Positions 35,961 through 49,398 are shown, counted from the first letter of the stretch. The stretch: DNA of 64,000 nucleotides from Amphiscolops sp. MND2022 (GCA_964187785.1 OZ076413.1:45386001-45450000), one strand, 5' to 3'. Notes: generated by a model from the letters alone, not told the origin. Program-made: numbers and translations.

Positions 35961-36788
35961 CTTACAAAAATTTCTGATTTTGTTTTGTCATATAATGTCA
36001 TAAACTCATTTCTTGATGTCAAATTTGCTGTTTTTGTTATTTTGTTAGCGCTAAAACCACAATAATAAATACCAACAATAATAAACATAAAATGGTCCGC
36101 CCTATTGATAAGCTTAGTAATACCTTAGTAATACATATTCAAAAGATATTCTAAAATAAATACTGTCAGTGAAAAGCGTATGGTGTAAAGTTTAGGACGT
36201 TCAATTTGTATTGGAACGGAACCAAATCAGGATATCTCTCACATCATTTCCGGCCATTTTAAACAATGCCTCGATCCCTTAGTTTCATGGTATGGTCATT
36301 AAAAAATTACGCGAAGTAAAGTTGAACAGAAAGACCAACTGTGAGAAGTCACTTTGAAACCACAGCTTCAAGTCAATCATTGCTTTATTGTTTGGCTACA
36401 CGTGTGGTACCACATCTCCACATCTTGCCCATGGATAGTATACGAAGAAGGTGCCAACTTAGAAAAGTAGAACCGCTTATTAGGCGACTTAGGGAAATGT
36501 CTTCTTCATCATCGTCATTTTAAACTTGTGGCTCCGTTGTTCAGATAGGCAGATGTGCACCAAATTCATTTCAAATATTTGTATGAAAATTTGTCCTTTC
36601 CGAAAGCATTTAAGAATTCATGAATTCAGTGCATTGTCACTTTTTTATTATCCGCCCACATATAATGGGAGAGGAAACTCCACGATATCCATCCACTTCA
36701 CTTGACTATTTTAGTTACTTGACTATTTTAGTTGCTTGTTCTAAATTCTGGCAATTCTCCACTTTATTACTCAATTTAGTAAATTCTA

Positions 36789-36908
36789 GTCACCATGGCG
36801 CGGTTGGTAGTGCGTCTGCCTGGCAGACACGAGGTCGTGGGTACGAACCCGTGCCGATGCGTTACATTTTTATCGGAAAATATCCCGTTGCTTAGCGGGC
36901 GTCTTGTT
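36789..36908 (+). mobile_element. tRNA-derived SINE
   Basis: A-box TGGCGCGGTTGG, B-box-like GGTACGAACCC, non-tRNA tail. A related tail lies reversed at about 7401-7443. Confidence 0.6.
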
Positions 36909-39900
36909 TCTCATTGAATGAAAACCACCCTCAAATAAAAAATTCAACCGCCTAAGAAAGAGGTGGGTGGATTTTTGTTGGAGTAAAAAATCTGTAATTA
37001 ACAATCGAAGGGAATAACAACCGAAAAAAACCGAAAAATTGTCATTATACTTTTATACTAATTTCCAGGGTAAAAACTTTGCGTCATTCAGCAAATCTTT
37101 TCGAAATCAAACTGAAGATAAACGTACTACCAGACTTCAATTTTAATGAAATTATTTCCGATATCAATGATCATCAGACGTTTGACGATACTATGTTGGC
37201 GACATAGCCCGAAAGATACCGGAAACCGTATCGGGATTGCACTGAAGGTACCAGATAAAATGCAAACAAAGTGCTTGTATTAGGTAAAGTGGGTCGATTA
37301 TCATGGAAAATACAAAAAAAGGAAAATAAACTGATTTGAATGACATTTCCCATCCATTTGATTATTCTCGAATTTATCAAAACTTTGGAATATTAATGCA
37401 TCATTTCCTTTCTCAATCAGTCAAGTTTTTCTGAATGAATTTATTGAACCAAAAACAATCATCTAAAAACTTGTGTCGTTTCAATTAATTAGAATGCAAA
37501 TCGAAAAAGCAACCAACAATGACAGAGATGCTCCAAAAAACCGCCCAAAAAGTTAAAATTTAGCATTTTCAGAAAGAAATTTCTATCGAACAGGAGTGAA
37601 TCATTTCTTCACACTACTCGCATTATGTTTTATATTTCAATAACTGCTTGTTTGTGAAAGTACTGATACCAGAAGGCGAATGGAAACCTATTCGATTAGA
37701 AATATGATTCAAAAGGTTTGAGGCAGCGAAACTTTCAAGGTGTACACTATTCCGATGAGTCATAATTTCACTACAAAAACAACCGTGAGGACAAGGTGTC
37801 GGTCTCAAACGTAAAGGGTATCCACATGAAGAAATTATCGAGGGTATTAAAGAGTAAAGAGTCTAGTCTGTATGTAGTCGAAAATGAAGTAAACAAGCAA
37901 ACGTTGCAACGAAGAGCGATCTAAAATGATAGCAGCTTCTACCAATGCCAGTTTTGGTTAACTTTCATTGGTATTTCACAGTCATTGGTATAGGAGGTAT
38001 TCACGCGTATGATTCTACGATTATTGAGACGAAGATCTCTAAAAGTTTGTCTGATAAATTTTAATCCCAAGTGAACGGCCGATTGGAAAATATGTGCTTT
38101 GATTACTTTCATTTTTCATTGTTCGTGCTTGGAATAATTACCAACAAGTCTGCGAAACCAAAATATCTTGAACTATTTACAAAAAAAACACCCGCTGAGC
38201 ACAGCAATATTTTCCGTCCTGAATTATTCCAGCGACAAAATAATTTTAGAGCACGAGTTTTACGACATGGACAATTCACTACGACCCTTGCAGAAAAAGA
38301 TTTTTGAAAATTGAATGATCTAGATCATTCAATTTTCAAAAATTGAAAATCTTTCAAGAATTGAAAGCTTTCAGTAGAATTTTAAAAAAACTACCAATTT
38401 CTTCATTCAAAATCTTTTTCAAGAATTGAAAGCTTTCAGTAGAATTTTAAAAAACTTCCAATTTCTTCATTCAAAAAGTTTGTTAAGTATTTCACTGTTT
38501 TGTCGTTCACCTCTGAGGTTATTCATGCCCACGAAAAAATTCAAAACACATATCAAAAATGCATAAATGCGTTTGAATTTTTTCATTTTCATTCTTGGAG
38601 CTTTTTTGAGACATTTGGGCGTTTTTCATTTTTATCATTTTTTCAAAAAGATTCAAAAAATCTGCACGAATACAATGATCGAACAATTTTGTGCTCAAAA
38701 TTTCTCACCTCAGTTTGTAAACAGCCTCAGCAACTAATTAAATTTTTAAAAATCCGATTAAAGTTTAGCAACATTAGCAGCACGATTACATTTTACTATC
38801 AGCGATTCTTGGAAATCACAATGGTGAAACACGATACTGTACTGATAAAACATGTTTCATGTTGATTGTCATTTTAATGCCCTGAGTCACGAAATGCTAT
38901 GCGATGAAATGACTCAATTTCAATAGTTCATTGTTCACTCTTCAGTGGTCATAAGAGAGCCAAAACCGAAGCTAGTACTTTTTACAACAAAAACTACGAC
39001 AGGAGCACTTTTTTATTTTGACTTCCGATAACGACTTCGGTTATATCAATAAAAATACCAATATTCAATGTAATAGCAAAATCAAGAAAAAAAGTTAAAA
39101 TGAAAAAAGGGTGCGATTGCTAATTATACACTTTTCTTTTAAAAACCGGCCTTTCCATGCGAGTTTCACTATTTGGAAAAAAACAAAGCAGATAAATTTC
39201 AAGATGAAAATCTTTCATTTCCAGAAAAACTTTCCGAAACACACATTTTTAACAAATGAAGACGCGTCTTTCAATTCCAGCCTAAAATCAAACATTTTGA
39301 TATTTCGAATTTGAATTACATCTCTGAAATCTTAGAAAATCCTGATCAAAAAATTTGAACGAAAGAGAATAAGTGACAGTGACATTTGTTGCTTATTTCA
39401 CACCTCTGAACGATTAATTGTAGCTGCTCTTTATCAACACTCACCTAAACTTCCCCGGATCTGAAGAAATTTTTCTCTCCTTTGTCACAAGCAAAATGTT
39501 CAGAAATACAGTACTGAGAGAAATGGACCGTCATCTTGATTGAGAAACTGATTCGGACGAAAAACTACCTGAATACTCGAAAACCACTGACATTTCGGAA
39601 AAAAATAAAACAATCATTTCCTGAATTTCAAGTTAAATACCAAAAATGAGCTAAAATAAGTTTGTACAATTTTATATATCAGCACGAAACTTTGGTTTGA
39701 CAACGCAGTTTTGCTTAATTTTGTTGCTAGAATCTGCTTTGGTGTCTGGAAAAAACGCCAAAAAATTACGATAACGTAATCACATATGGCCACATACCTG
39801 TTGCCCTAAAGCAGCAGCGAATCGGCTAGTTATCACTAGTGCAGCTGCTGATTTTGACAGAGACCGGCCTGGGGATGCGCCACGTAAGAAGGAATGCAGG

Positions 39901-42169
39901 GCTATACAAATAATATAAGAATCATGACTGATATTTTAAAATATTCTTGCCTTGTTGCCTTTCTGTATAGGTCTGGGACTTTCGAGAAAACTGGAGTTTA
40001 CCAAAAATGGGATTTTGGAAATGCATAACCATTGTTTTGCAAGAAAAATCCATTTTCTCTGCTTCGAAGAAAAATTCACTTTTGGTAATGCTTGTATCGT
40101 TAGGACAAAACATGGTACTAACAAATTGTTGAAAAAACGGTGCTAAAGAATATGGGCTACTGGCGAAACGGATCAGAGGTTGAAAAGAAGGTAGGCTGCT
40201 CTGAAGTACCGCTAGACTAACTAGGGTTAATTAATCAGAGAAAAAGTTTCTAGAACAATAGGAAATCACCAGAAATGATAATACCGTAATGTGGTTATAT
40301 GGTAACTATTCATGCTTTTAGAAATCGATTGATATCGCAAAGTGATTAAAACATTCCAGAGAAAATGTTGCACGGATGAAAATCGGAAAATATATTAATG
40401 GAATTTGGAAATTGAATCCGCAGCCAATTATAAAACATTTTCGAAGTATTCTTTGAGCACTTGTAGCCTTACGACAATACGATATCAGTTGTGGTTTCTT
40501 TCGTAACTGATATGAATGATTGCTTGGTATTACATATCGCTTTTTTCATTTGATATGAGTTGTTACTTGATACATGTCGCTATGCCGTTTTTTCCTTGGG
40601 AATTGTCAGAACGAGTGCTTGAGCGATTACAACAACTGTTTTTCGATCGTAAATTCAAAACTCTGAGCTGTAACTTTCATCAGTCATGTCATTATCTTGT
40701 TTACAGTATAAATATAGTTACTTATTATTAATTGCAACTTCAACTTTGCAGATAGTCTGTTTATCATGATTTTAGGTCATGACACTACCTACAGTTCTGA
40801 AGAAAGTTTACTGCATGAGTAGTTTGAAATGGGAGAAGCATGATGAGTAAATGTTGCATGAGCATGTTTGAGTTTATGTATAATATTTCAGATTAAATGA
40901 TGAGTCAAGTTTTGACCAGAACAGGTGAGGTGCAGCAGTCGCTTGATGTCGTGGTGGCTGCTGAGTTGGCTTTGAGAGGGCTACAAGGGTCTGCCAGTGA
41001 GGGAGTGTCAGGCTGCATGGTGACAAGAGTGGGCCTATGCGGCCGAAAACCCATCGTAGACGACAGCTACGAAGATTTCCCTCCTAACTTTTTGTTACTT
41101 TGGATCCTGCATATTCCTAGTTGGTGTTGGGTTGGTCTGCATTGTGCCATCACCAACGAAATACGGTCTCAAAACAGATTTTAAAAATTATACAAATAAT
41201 TGAATTGAGAAGAAATTGAGATATTCGAATGTTTGGAGATGATACAGATTTCACATATTGGGACTAATGGGTTCAATGTAGTTTGGGAACATCATATAAC
41301 AAAACCGACCTATCGTCGATGGCAATATTCTCGATCCTTGTCTCAGAAACCACCGGAAAGATTCAAAATGGAATTCATTCTAAATTAGAATGACATTTAG
41401 AATTCAATGCTCGAAGGAACTTATAATGTAACATTGGAACTGGAAGTTTCTGTTTGAGTGAAACGTTGATTTGACTGATATTTATAAGTGTTCAGATTTG
41501 GTTTCCCATTGAATCTTTCACTTAGCTCTAGAACACCTCAAAAGAACAGGTGTCTTCCAAAAGAATATATTCTTGACTTCTTGACTTGTTGCCGTTCTAT
41601 ACCATTGAAACTAAGTGACCAAAGTATCAGAAGACTAACCACATACTGATATTTTACAGGAATGTTAAAGAAGATCCAAACACGGAAAATTCGGAAGTTA
41701 AACTAAAGTTTCATTTGAAAACATATGCTTGTGTTTACTACAATCTGCAATTTTTTCCACATAAGTTTGCGTTTAACTCAATTGTAATCTAGAAAAATTC
41801 CAGAACCTTTCTGCAGATAGTGACTGCTAGTATCTCGAAAAGCTGGATCTAATTTTTTCCCCAAAAATTGTAGGTACTGTTATAGAAGTCTTACACAGCA
41901 TGGTTACAAAACAGACGACCCAATGTCTCTTGTTATCAACTGAACGGACAAAACAAATGTTCGTATTTCGGAAAACCATTTAATTTTCAAAAGAAACTGG
42001 AAACACGTCCTGCCACTGTTATCCTTCGAAGAATAACAGTGGCAGGACGTGTTTCAAGTTTCTTTCGAAATGATCATTTCTTCCCATTAAAGAGACGTGA
42101 ATGGCTTCGAATTGTCGATGATCAAGTGTATAATGCATTTAAGATCATATTACAAGACTAAAAACAGCG

Positions 42170-42355
42170 AAGAGCCCCCCTTTGAAGTTTTTCGGAACTG
42201 TGTGACTTTTTTGAAATTTTTTACTTTATTTCTCCAAAGGATCACCCTTTAATTTTTCAGTTGGAGAAAAACCTTTAGTAACGCGAAAGCCTTCTTACAA
42301 CTTTGCGCTTTTTGAGCCTAAAATGGGGAGTCGACTTGGGCCGTTCTCAGCTTTT
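42170..42355 (+). mobile_element. Degenerate HINE 3' part
   Basis: TTTTGAGCC...GTCGACTTGGGCCGTTCTCAGCTT terminus. Confidence 0.5.
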
Positions 42356-43922
42356 TTGTCATTGCAAGGGCAAGACTGTCAGAAACTTAAGGCTTATTCT
42401 TTGTGGATTCATATAAGGATCACTAAATGAGTGAAACTCCGGCGATTTTTGGGAGGGTTTGTTACGGTTTCTTTGCTTATACCAAAATTTAATAGCAACA
42501 ATCTATTTACACCATAGGTTTTCAGGAATCTTGGAAGGTTCTTAGATGTAAAACATTTATTCGAAGGTCAATGGAATCCTTCCAAAATCTTTCAAAGCAA
42601 GTTCCAACTGAGATAATTTCTTTGCAGGAACTTCAAAGAAATATATTTTTCCTGGGGAACCAAAAAGCTATCGCTGCAAAGTCATAACACAAAGTACAAT
42701 ATGCATTTTTTCACAGCGTGCCTCTGGGTGAGCCTTTGCCACCTAGAGTAAAGATCAGAGCTGACAAAAGAAGCTGTCAAGCAGAGTTAGCAGAGATATC
42801 TGCTATTTTAAGAAACGAAGAAAGCTTTGATATATTATTCCCACAGGTTATAAGGTCCTTCGGATATCACTGGAAACCATTGAACGTCAATGAAACCTTT
42901 GAAGATGCTCTGAAGTTCAATGAAATTCTTTGAAGGACCTTTGAAGAAATCCACGATTATATGACTAGGGTACATTATTCTTGGAAAATCGGTAATCAAG
43001 TAGTAGCGCTAATTTGACTCGCTTCCAAATACTCCTGCTTCGCTCATTGGCTGTTCTGATAACCAGCCGTTCCATAACGCTAGGTGTATGTATATCCAAG
43101 TATCATGGTCCATTGACATTTCCGACTCCTTTCCTCAATGGACTCCCTGGATCATACACGATTCATGAATGTGAAAGTAAAAACAAAACCGCCAGAAATG
43201 AAGAAAAGCAGAAGATACAACCACTCAAACTCAGGCCCTTATTCACTCAATTGAAAACTTCGATTAGGCCATTCGACCATTCCACAATAGTAACAAAATA
43301 CTCGAAGCTCTCATCTATTCTCCTTTAATTGGTTGCGAATGTCTCCGAGCGCAGTCACTCTATGAGCTTTTACACTACATTATTCTGGTCTCGTCTCCAC
43401 ACGAAGCTAGGAATGTGAATGTTAAAAATACAGTAATTAAAAAATACAGAATTCGTAAAATTCTGAAATTGTGAAAGGGTCAAATTCTTAGGTATCTTTC
43501 AAACTTTCCGCCCATGTTTGGTTATTGGCAACTAGCGCAGAAAAAGCACGAGATTGAAACTAAAAGTAAGAAATTCGTCGAAAACATTTTTGTTAATGTG
43601 ATTTCTCAGCTTTCGCTGAAATGGCTCCTTCGCTTAAATTTCTCGAAATCTTTGCCGTTTATCTTTGTCCACTGTCACGAACCCATGAAAAGTACAAGAA
43701 TAGGTGGCTTCGGAACGGTTGTCATGTACGTTTCGCTTAGAAGTCTCCTCTCGCCTTGAAGTTTGAAGTTTCTACTTCAATCTCGATAAAATTGTTAACT
43801 TTCTTCACAATTTGTCAATTCCTGGAGAATTCACAGCGACTTCTCTCAGTCACTATGATGTTCATTTAGTAGTTGATGGGTCGGTCTAAATGGGCTGTTA
43901 GTTTTGGTAGATATGTCCAGAG

Positions 43923-44318
43923 CAGGGCTGGGAAAAATCTTGTTTCTGACCCGAATGAAACTGTTTTTTTTTCGAATTTTTTCGAAAAAAAACGTTTATT
44001 TGTGTTTTATTGTTTTTTTTCTTGCAAAAGTAAGGTTGAAAGCCAAATTTCAATGCACAGAGTAAAATTATTCATCGTTCAACTGTCTGAACAAAAGTGC
44101 GAGTATGCCAGCTTTCTCAACACCCAAATTTGTTCGAGAAGAACCATAGGTAAGGCCCAAAGTACAGTTTTCTATGTAACTCATACCTTGTCGGACCTCT
44201 CCAGGTTTAGAATTTTTTTCTTTGGTGCGAGGCATAGCTACGTGAAAAACCGATGTTTTTTCGTTGTTGTTTAAAACATGTTTTTTACTGCTTTCTTAAA
44301 ACAAGCGTGCCAGCCTTT
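43923..44318 (-). mobile_element. hAT deletion derivative related to the 21732-23714 subfamily
   Basis: CAGGGCTGG / CCAGCCTT ends; encodes TLGLTYGSSRTNLGVEKAGILALLFRQLNDE*, compare TLGMSYGKLRANLDSQKAGKLAFLYRQLNV*. Confidence 0.7.
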
Positions 44319-44572
44319 ACTGAGTGAAGCTCGTCGCAAAAACATCGACTTTTTCGCCAATTGCTGTCGGACAAAGTATATAAACACGATTATGTTAAAA
44401 TAAAAAACTTTATAACTGAGCGCCAGTATTTCATAGCCCAAATGCGTTATAATCGAATTCGTTATTTACGAATGATTAAGATAATCGGAACTGTTAAACA
44501 TTTTTAACGTTAATTGAAATTTGTATGAATAGGTTGAATTTGAATTGCTTTTAAAACAAGAAAAACTTTGAT

Positions 44573-44641
44573 GTTCGTAAGATTTGAACCCGTGTCGATC
44601 TGGCTTGCAGCGCCTGTAACGAATCAACTAGGCTTCGGCCC
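44573..44641 (-). repeat. tRNA-like SINE head or tRNA pseudogene
   Basis: B-box-like GGTTCAAATC, degenerate A box, CTGCAAG loop; the acceptor stem does not pair. Confidence 0.35.
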
Positions 44642-44841
44642 CTAAGAAGCTTATACTATTGCAATACATACATTGTAGTTATTCAAGTTTCTGCTCCAAA
44701 ATGAAAGGAAAACTAAAATAGCAAGATTGCTGATGATCAAGTGCAACGTTCTGGCGCGGCATTATAAAACTTCAAAAACTTTCGCGGTTTAACTATGTAA
44801 CTATCAACTCTCCTTATCTGTTCCGATATGTTAGTGCCGAT

Positions 44842-47184
44842 CAGGCCCCTCAGAAAAATGCGGCGCATATTTCCGCATATTTCCGCATATTTTGACAGTT
44901 TAGTAAAAGCGCATATGCGACGCGCATATTTCTGGAATTTTCGGATAAAGCTGCCCAAATTGAACTCAAATGGACTCATTTGAACTGAAATGAGTCTGAT
45001 TGCTTGCTGTTTGTTTACAAATCATAAAACGGCGGTTGGCTGGCTCTGCCTGCTGCAAATTGCAAAGCAATACTTGCATCAAATGCATCGTTGCAATTCA
45101 ACCGCCGCGCCGCGCCTTCTCGATTCTCATTTAAATTAACTTTGCCTGTGAATTTTTACCTTCTTTCAGAAACAATGCGCAGAACCCCCAAACAAGTAAA
45201 CTTAACTCAGCTTAAATCCTCAAGGGATATTCGGGCGCAGTTATGTCACGCGTCAGGATTAACGGCTCGTCAACGTCTTAATTGTCAATCAAACAGGGAT
45301 CATTTTTACGTCGAAGGGGACCTTCTATTCTGCAAAGTCTGTTGCATAACTGTTGAGCATTCTCGACAGTCAAATTTACAACAACATTTGGATACTGGGA
45401 AGCACAAATTGGCTGCTGAGAAGCAAAAAACACCTGCCAAGCGACAAAAAACCATAGAAACGACCCTTCCAATTCAAAATGAGAGCAAATTTGCAAAAAC
45501 AAAAGTGATTTTGGATTATGTGCGCGTGCTTATTGCTACAAATCAGTCCCTGGAATCTGTAAATAACCATTTTTACGTGAATTTTTTGTTTCGCACGTTA
45601 CAAACGGGGGCGCACTGCCCAAGTCGGCTGCTTTATATAGTTATATCGACGATGTATATTCCGTTGAGTTAAACAATTTGAAGAATTACTTCCAGAATGA
45701 AAAACTTATTATTATTTTCGATGAAACTTCCGACGATTTGGGCCGATTTGTGGCAAATATCTTATTCGCAAAACCTCCCAGCAACTCAGGTATTTTGGAA
45801 CCTAAATTAGTGTCCACTATTTTTGAGAAAAAATCTCTTGACCACCAAAAAGTCTGCCAATTAGTGATGAGAACTGTCCAATCGTTTAACATTGAATATG
45901 AGAATATTGTTGCTTTTTGTTCTGACAACGCTGCATATATGTTAAAGGCGCATCGGGATGTTTTAAGCTCACTTTTTCCCAATTGTGTGCATTTGACTTG
46001 CGTCCCACATATCCTTAATTTAGTGTGTAAGGATTATCTCAAGCCATTTGAAAAGGCAATTTCTTGGGTCAAGATGTGGTCGTGTTATACAAAACCGCCA
46101 AACAACAGGAGAGGCAAATGGTTAGACTTCTTAACCCGAAAGAACATGACTCCCAAAGTAGCACCTGTGCCAATTGAAACTAGATGGACATCCTTGTTTG
46201 ATGCGTTGGTGTTCCACAAGGAACATTTTGACGTTGAAGCTGAATTTATTGAGCTACAATCGCAAGATCTCAATAACATACCTGCAACGCATTGTGATCT
46301 AAACGAGATATGCGAAAACAAAAATGATTGGGCACAGACAAAAATGGAAATATTTTTTCTTGCTGAACGCGCCAAAGTTTTTATTAATTGCATTAAATTA
46401 TTCGAGTCAAATTTGGGACAAATTTTGTTTTTATCGGATAAATTACAAAGTTTGTCAACTGACCTAAGGTCCCAAATCGAATTTGACGACTTTACCGTTT
46501 TGGACCATATTTCATCCGATTTTATGGAAACAATTTCACCCCAATTATGTTCGGTGTTTGTCACTAAAGTGGCTTTGGCGGCTGAAAAAGCTTCAGCAAA
46601 ACTGATGAAATACTTCAATAAGGAACATGGTGTTTATCCCTCTTTACAGTTTTTGCATGATGTACAATTTTTCAATCCTCACAGGGCTTTAGAGTTCCTT
46701 GAGGAACCCCAGTTGATCATCCCGGGCTTTGAAAACGTACCAGCGACAGAATTACACCTGTACCGCGAAAAGTGCCGACAATTCGACAACACTACAATTG
46801 AAGATTTGAAATTGCGAATACTCAGAGTTTTAGACTTTTGGCGGGCAAATTTGGAGAAGTTGCCAGTACTGGCCACGCTGGCGATGGATTATGGATTTCT
46901 TTTTGCAACATCTGCGGATGCGGAGCGGTCATTCTCATATTTGAGGAAACTTGTTTCGAAGGAAAGAAAGGGATTTAAGGAAGAAACAATTGTTAAATTA
47001 TTGTTTTTATACTTTAATTTATCAGTTTGAACTTGATTGTCTCTTACCCAAACTCGTTTTTTCCCGCAAATTTTAGCGCATATTTAGGGATTTGGCGCAT
47101 ATTTTAGCGCATATTTTCATTAATTTACGCGCATATTTCCCCGCATATTTTGGAAAAATTCTCCGCATTTTTCTGAGGGGCCTG
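44842..47184 (+). mobile_element. Full-length hAT transposon with CGGBP1-like zinc finger
   Basis: Perfect 22-bp TIR CAGGCCCCTCAGAAAAATGCGG, perfect 8-bp TSD GTGCCGAT, GCGCATAT subterminal repeats. Confidence 0.95.
45175..47030 (+). CDS. hAT transposase split by one -1 frame change at about 45570-45590
   Basis: LFCKVC...HLDTGKH finger; FDETSD, SDNAAYM, CVPH, TRWTS, hATC TSADAERSFS. The -1 frame is open across the gap (FVSHVTNGGALPKS...LKNY). Confidence 0.85.
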
Positions 47185-49398
47185 GTGCCGATCTTCCGCG
47201 TTAGTATCTTCGCGGACTAATAATGATTATGCTAATTAATCAATTATCACTTTGGTGCTGTGTTTTCACTGTAATAACCAAATTACAGAATAAATTGTTA
47301 AGAGAAACATGTTGAAAACTCACCTGATAAAATGACAAAATGTAATTAAACAATGAAGCAAAATCTTCCCATTTTATTAGAAGCTGTTGCAGAAAAGAAA
47401 TGGGTTGAAAGTTATCAAAGAGGATCAATTTGACAAGAGTGGTTCATCTCAACAATGGACAGTAGGACCTTTGCGATTTGTGAGTTTTACAAGCAGTTAC
47501 GCGAGCAGCGAGCGAACGAATGAGTAATTGAGAAGAGATAAGATATTGGTGACTTGATTAGTTGAGAAATAAGTTTTAACGGGTAATCAAACTAGTTGAA
47601 GAGTGAGTAATTGGTGGCAGTAGCGGTGCTGAATTTTGGAAGAGAGTTGATTGTTCGGTTGAGTTTAGCAGTTGAATGACGTGTGGAGTGTACTGGTTAA
47701 AAGTGACTGAAACCTCGATTTATATCAAGCATTTATCTGTATTTTCACTGCAACAGAATTGGAATTGAATCATATTTTGATTTGAACACATTTCTTTAAA
47801 TACAACATTACTACAACGTATGCATTTCTTTTGTCGCATGACTAACGCAAGTCGACCACTCGCCGAACCGAAGCTGGGATTGCACAAATTCCGTCGCCGT
47901 CACCGCCAGAGTTAGCCAGACTTCGACCAGATACCATGACGAAACGAATTTGAGATCTACTATAAAACCAGAAGTCGCCACCACTGCACTTCAATTGAAC
48001 TGTGGGACTAATAGTTTACCAGGCCTTCTCTCGCCTGTGTATATGGTCGTAACGCTTTCACACACCGCCTTTCACGGCTTTACAAAATTCGTTGCAAAAA
48101 TGCGGGAATATAACATATATCTTCAGTACTTCGGCCCGATGGTTCACTGTCAGTAGAATTCAATTTCGTTTTTTCAATTAAAAAACTATCACCGATCACT
48201 TCAACGCACCATCGCCGATGGTCTATCGGTAACATATTTTATATTTTATTCATAAAACGGTTTAGAGTTGAACAGAAGCGGTAAGTAATTGTTTTATATC
48301 AATTACAAAAAGGTCTATCTTCAGTTAGCTGCAGTAGTACGACGTCTGGAAAAATTCGGCTGTCTACTACGTTCAAGTTACTCCGTCCGCGTAGTATTCT
48401 GTGTCCGATTTTGATTACGACATTGAAATCGGTGTTTTGATTCGCTGACGACTTCTGAATGAATTCATGTACTCCCGAATGAGAATTACGCTCTGTTCTC
48501 GGCAGCTGTCACATGTACGATTTGAAAGTCGTTCACGCGTCAATTGGTAAATTCACAATCGGGAATGATACGAGATTGAATTGTTGACTAATTTTACGCT
48601 TAGTAGGTACATGTACAACCAATGCCAGTGCTGGTTTTTACAAATTTTACTACAACGGCTGCTGAATGGAGTGAGTCATTTGATCAAAATAATTCTCTGT
48701 CATGCTATGACTTGTTTTGATCAAAGCAAAACACATTTCTTCGGCCAGTGTATCTGCTGCACGCTACAAACGCATGGCAAATACAACTGATGGAACGAAT
48801 ATCGGTGTAATGAATCATCCTGTTTGCTCCTAAGCGCAAGAACCGACGCGTTTGCAAATACAACAAGAAATATAGCAAAAGTACAAATATTCCAATATGT
48901 ATCATGAGGTTATAACGTTGAACACTTTGAACAGCTAACATTTGAGCGTTTCACTCATGTGAATAACTGAACAAAATTTCACCTCAGTTTATTAGAGATG
49001 CTTTCCGTCAATTTAGTCAGTTTCTTCATGAAGTATTCACCACGAAGGAGCTTAATTACATGCTATAAACAAAAATAATCATGTCATTTCAATTTGAATA
49101 GTTTCTTTTTGGCTCTTTCCTGTCAACCCCCCCATCATCATTTTTTTTGAGGAAAATTTAGCTCTTTTTCAAACTGGCCGAATTTATAGTGAAAATTCTT
49201 TCCATACCTGGAAGTTAACTTCTATTTGAATAGTTTTTCGTGTGAACAAAACATTTTTCACACATTCTGATTGTGAGGATGTTGAAAAATTAACTTTTAA
49301 TGACTCAAAATGATTTCCTTATCAAAAATGCATGACTTCATAGGGAGAGAAAGTTTGAACAAAGTTTGCATGCGAATTCTAAATAGTCACCCTGAGAC

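Larger units (their letters stand above)
40905..48905 (-). pseudogene. Possible decayed LRR-type membrane receptor gene, interrupted by two hAT insertions
   Basis: Signal-peptide-like start at 48905, LxxLxLxxN (LVKLILFDN, about 47415-47440), FCYYCGMVEW plus hydrophobic WLYLLLFFISGGFVFTFTF (about 43160-43300), S/T/P-rich tail at 40905-41150; many stops and frameshifts. Confidence 0.3.

Noticed and set aside
36789..36862. Functional tRNA gene
   Set aside because: The acceptor stem does not pair, the B box is mutated, and a repeat tail follows; better explained as a SINE.
46085..46618. 177-aa ORF on the minus strand
   Set aside because: Antisense shadow of the hAT transposase; the same applies to the short ORFs opposite the LINE and MADF exon 4.
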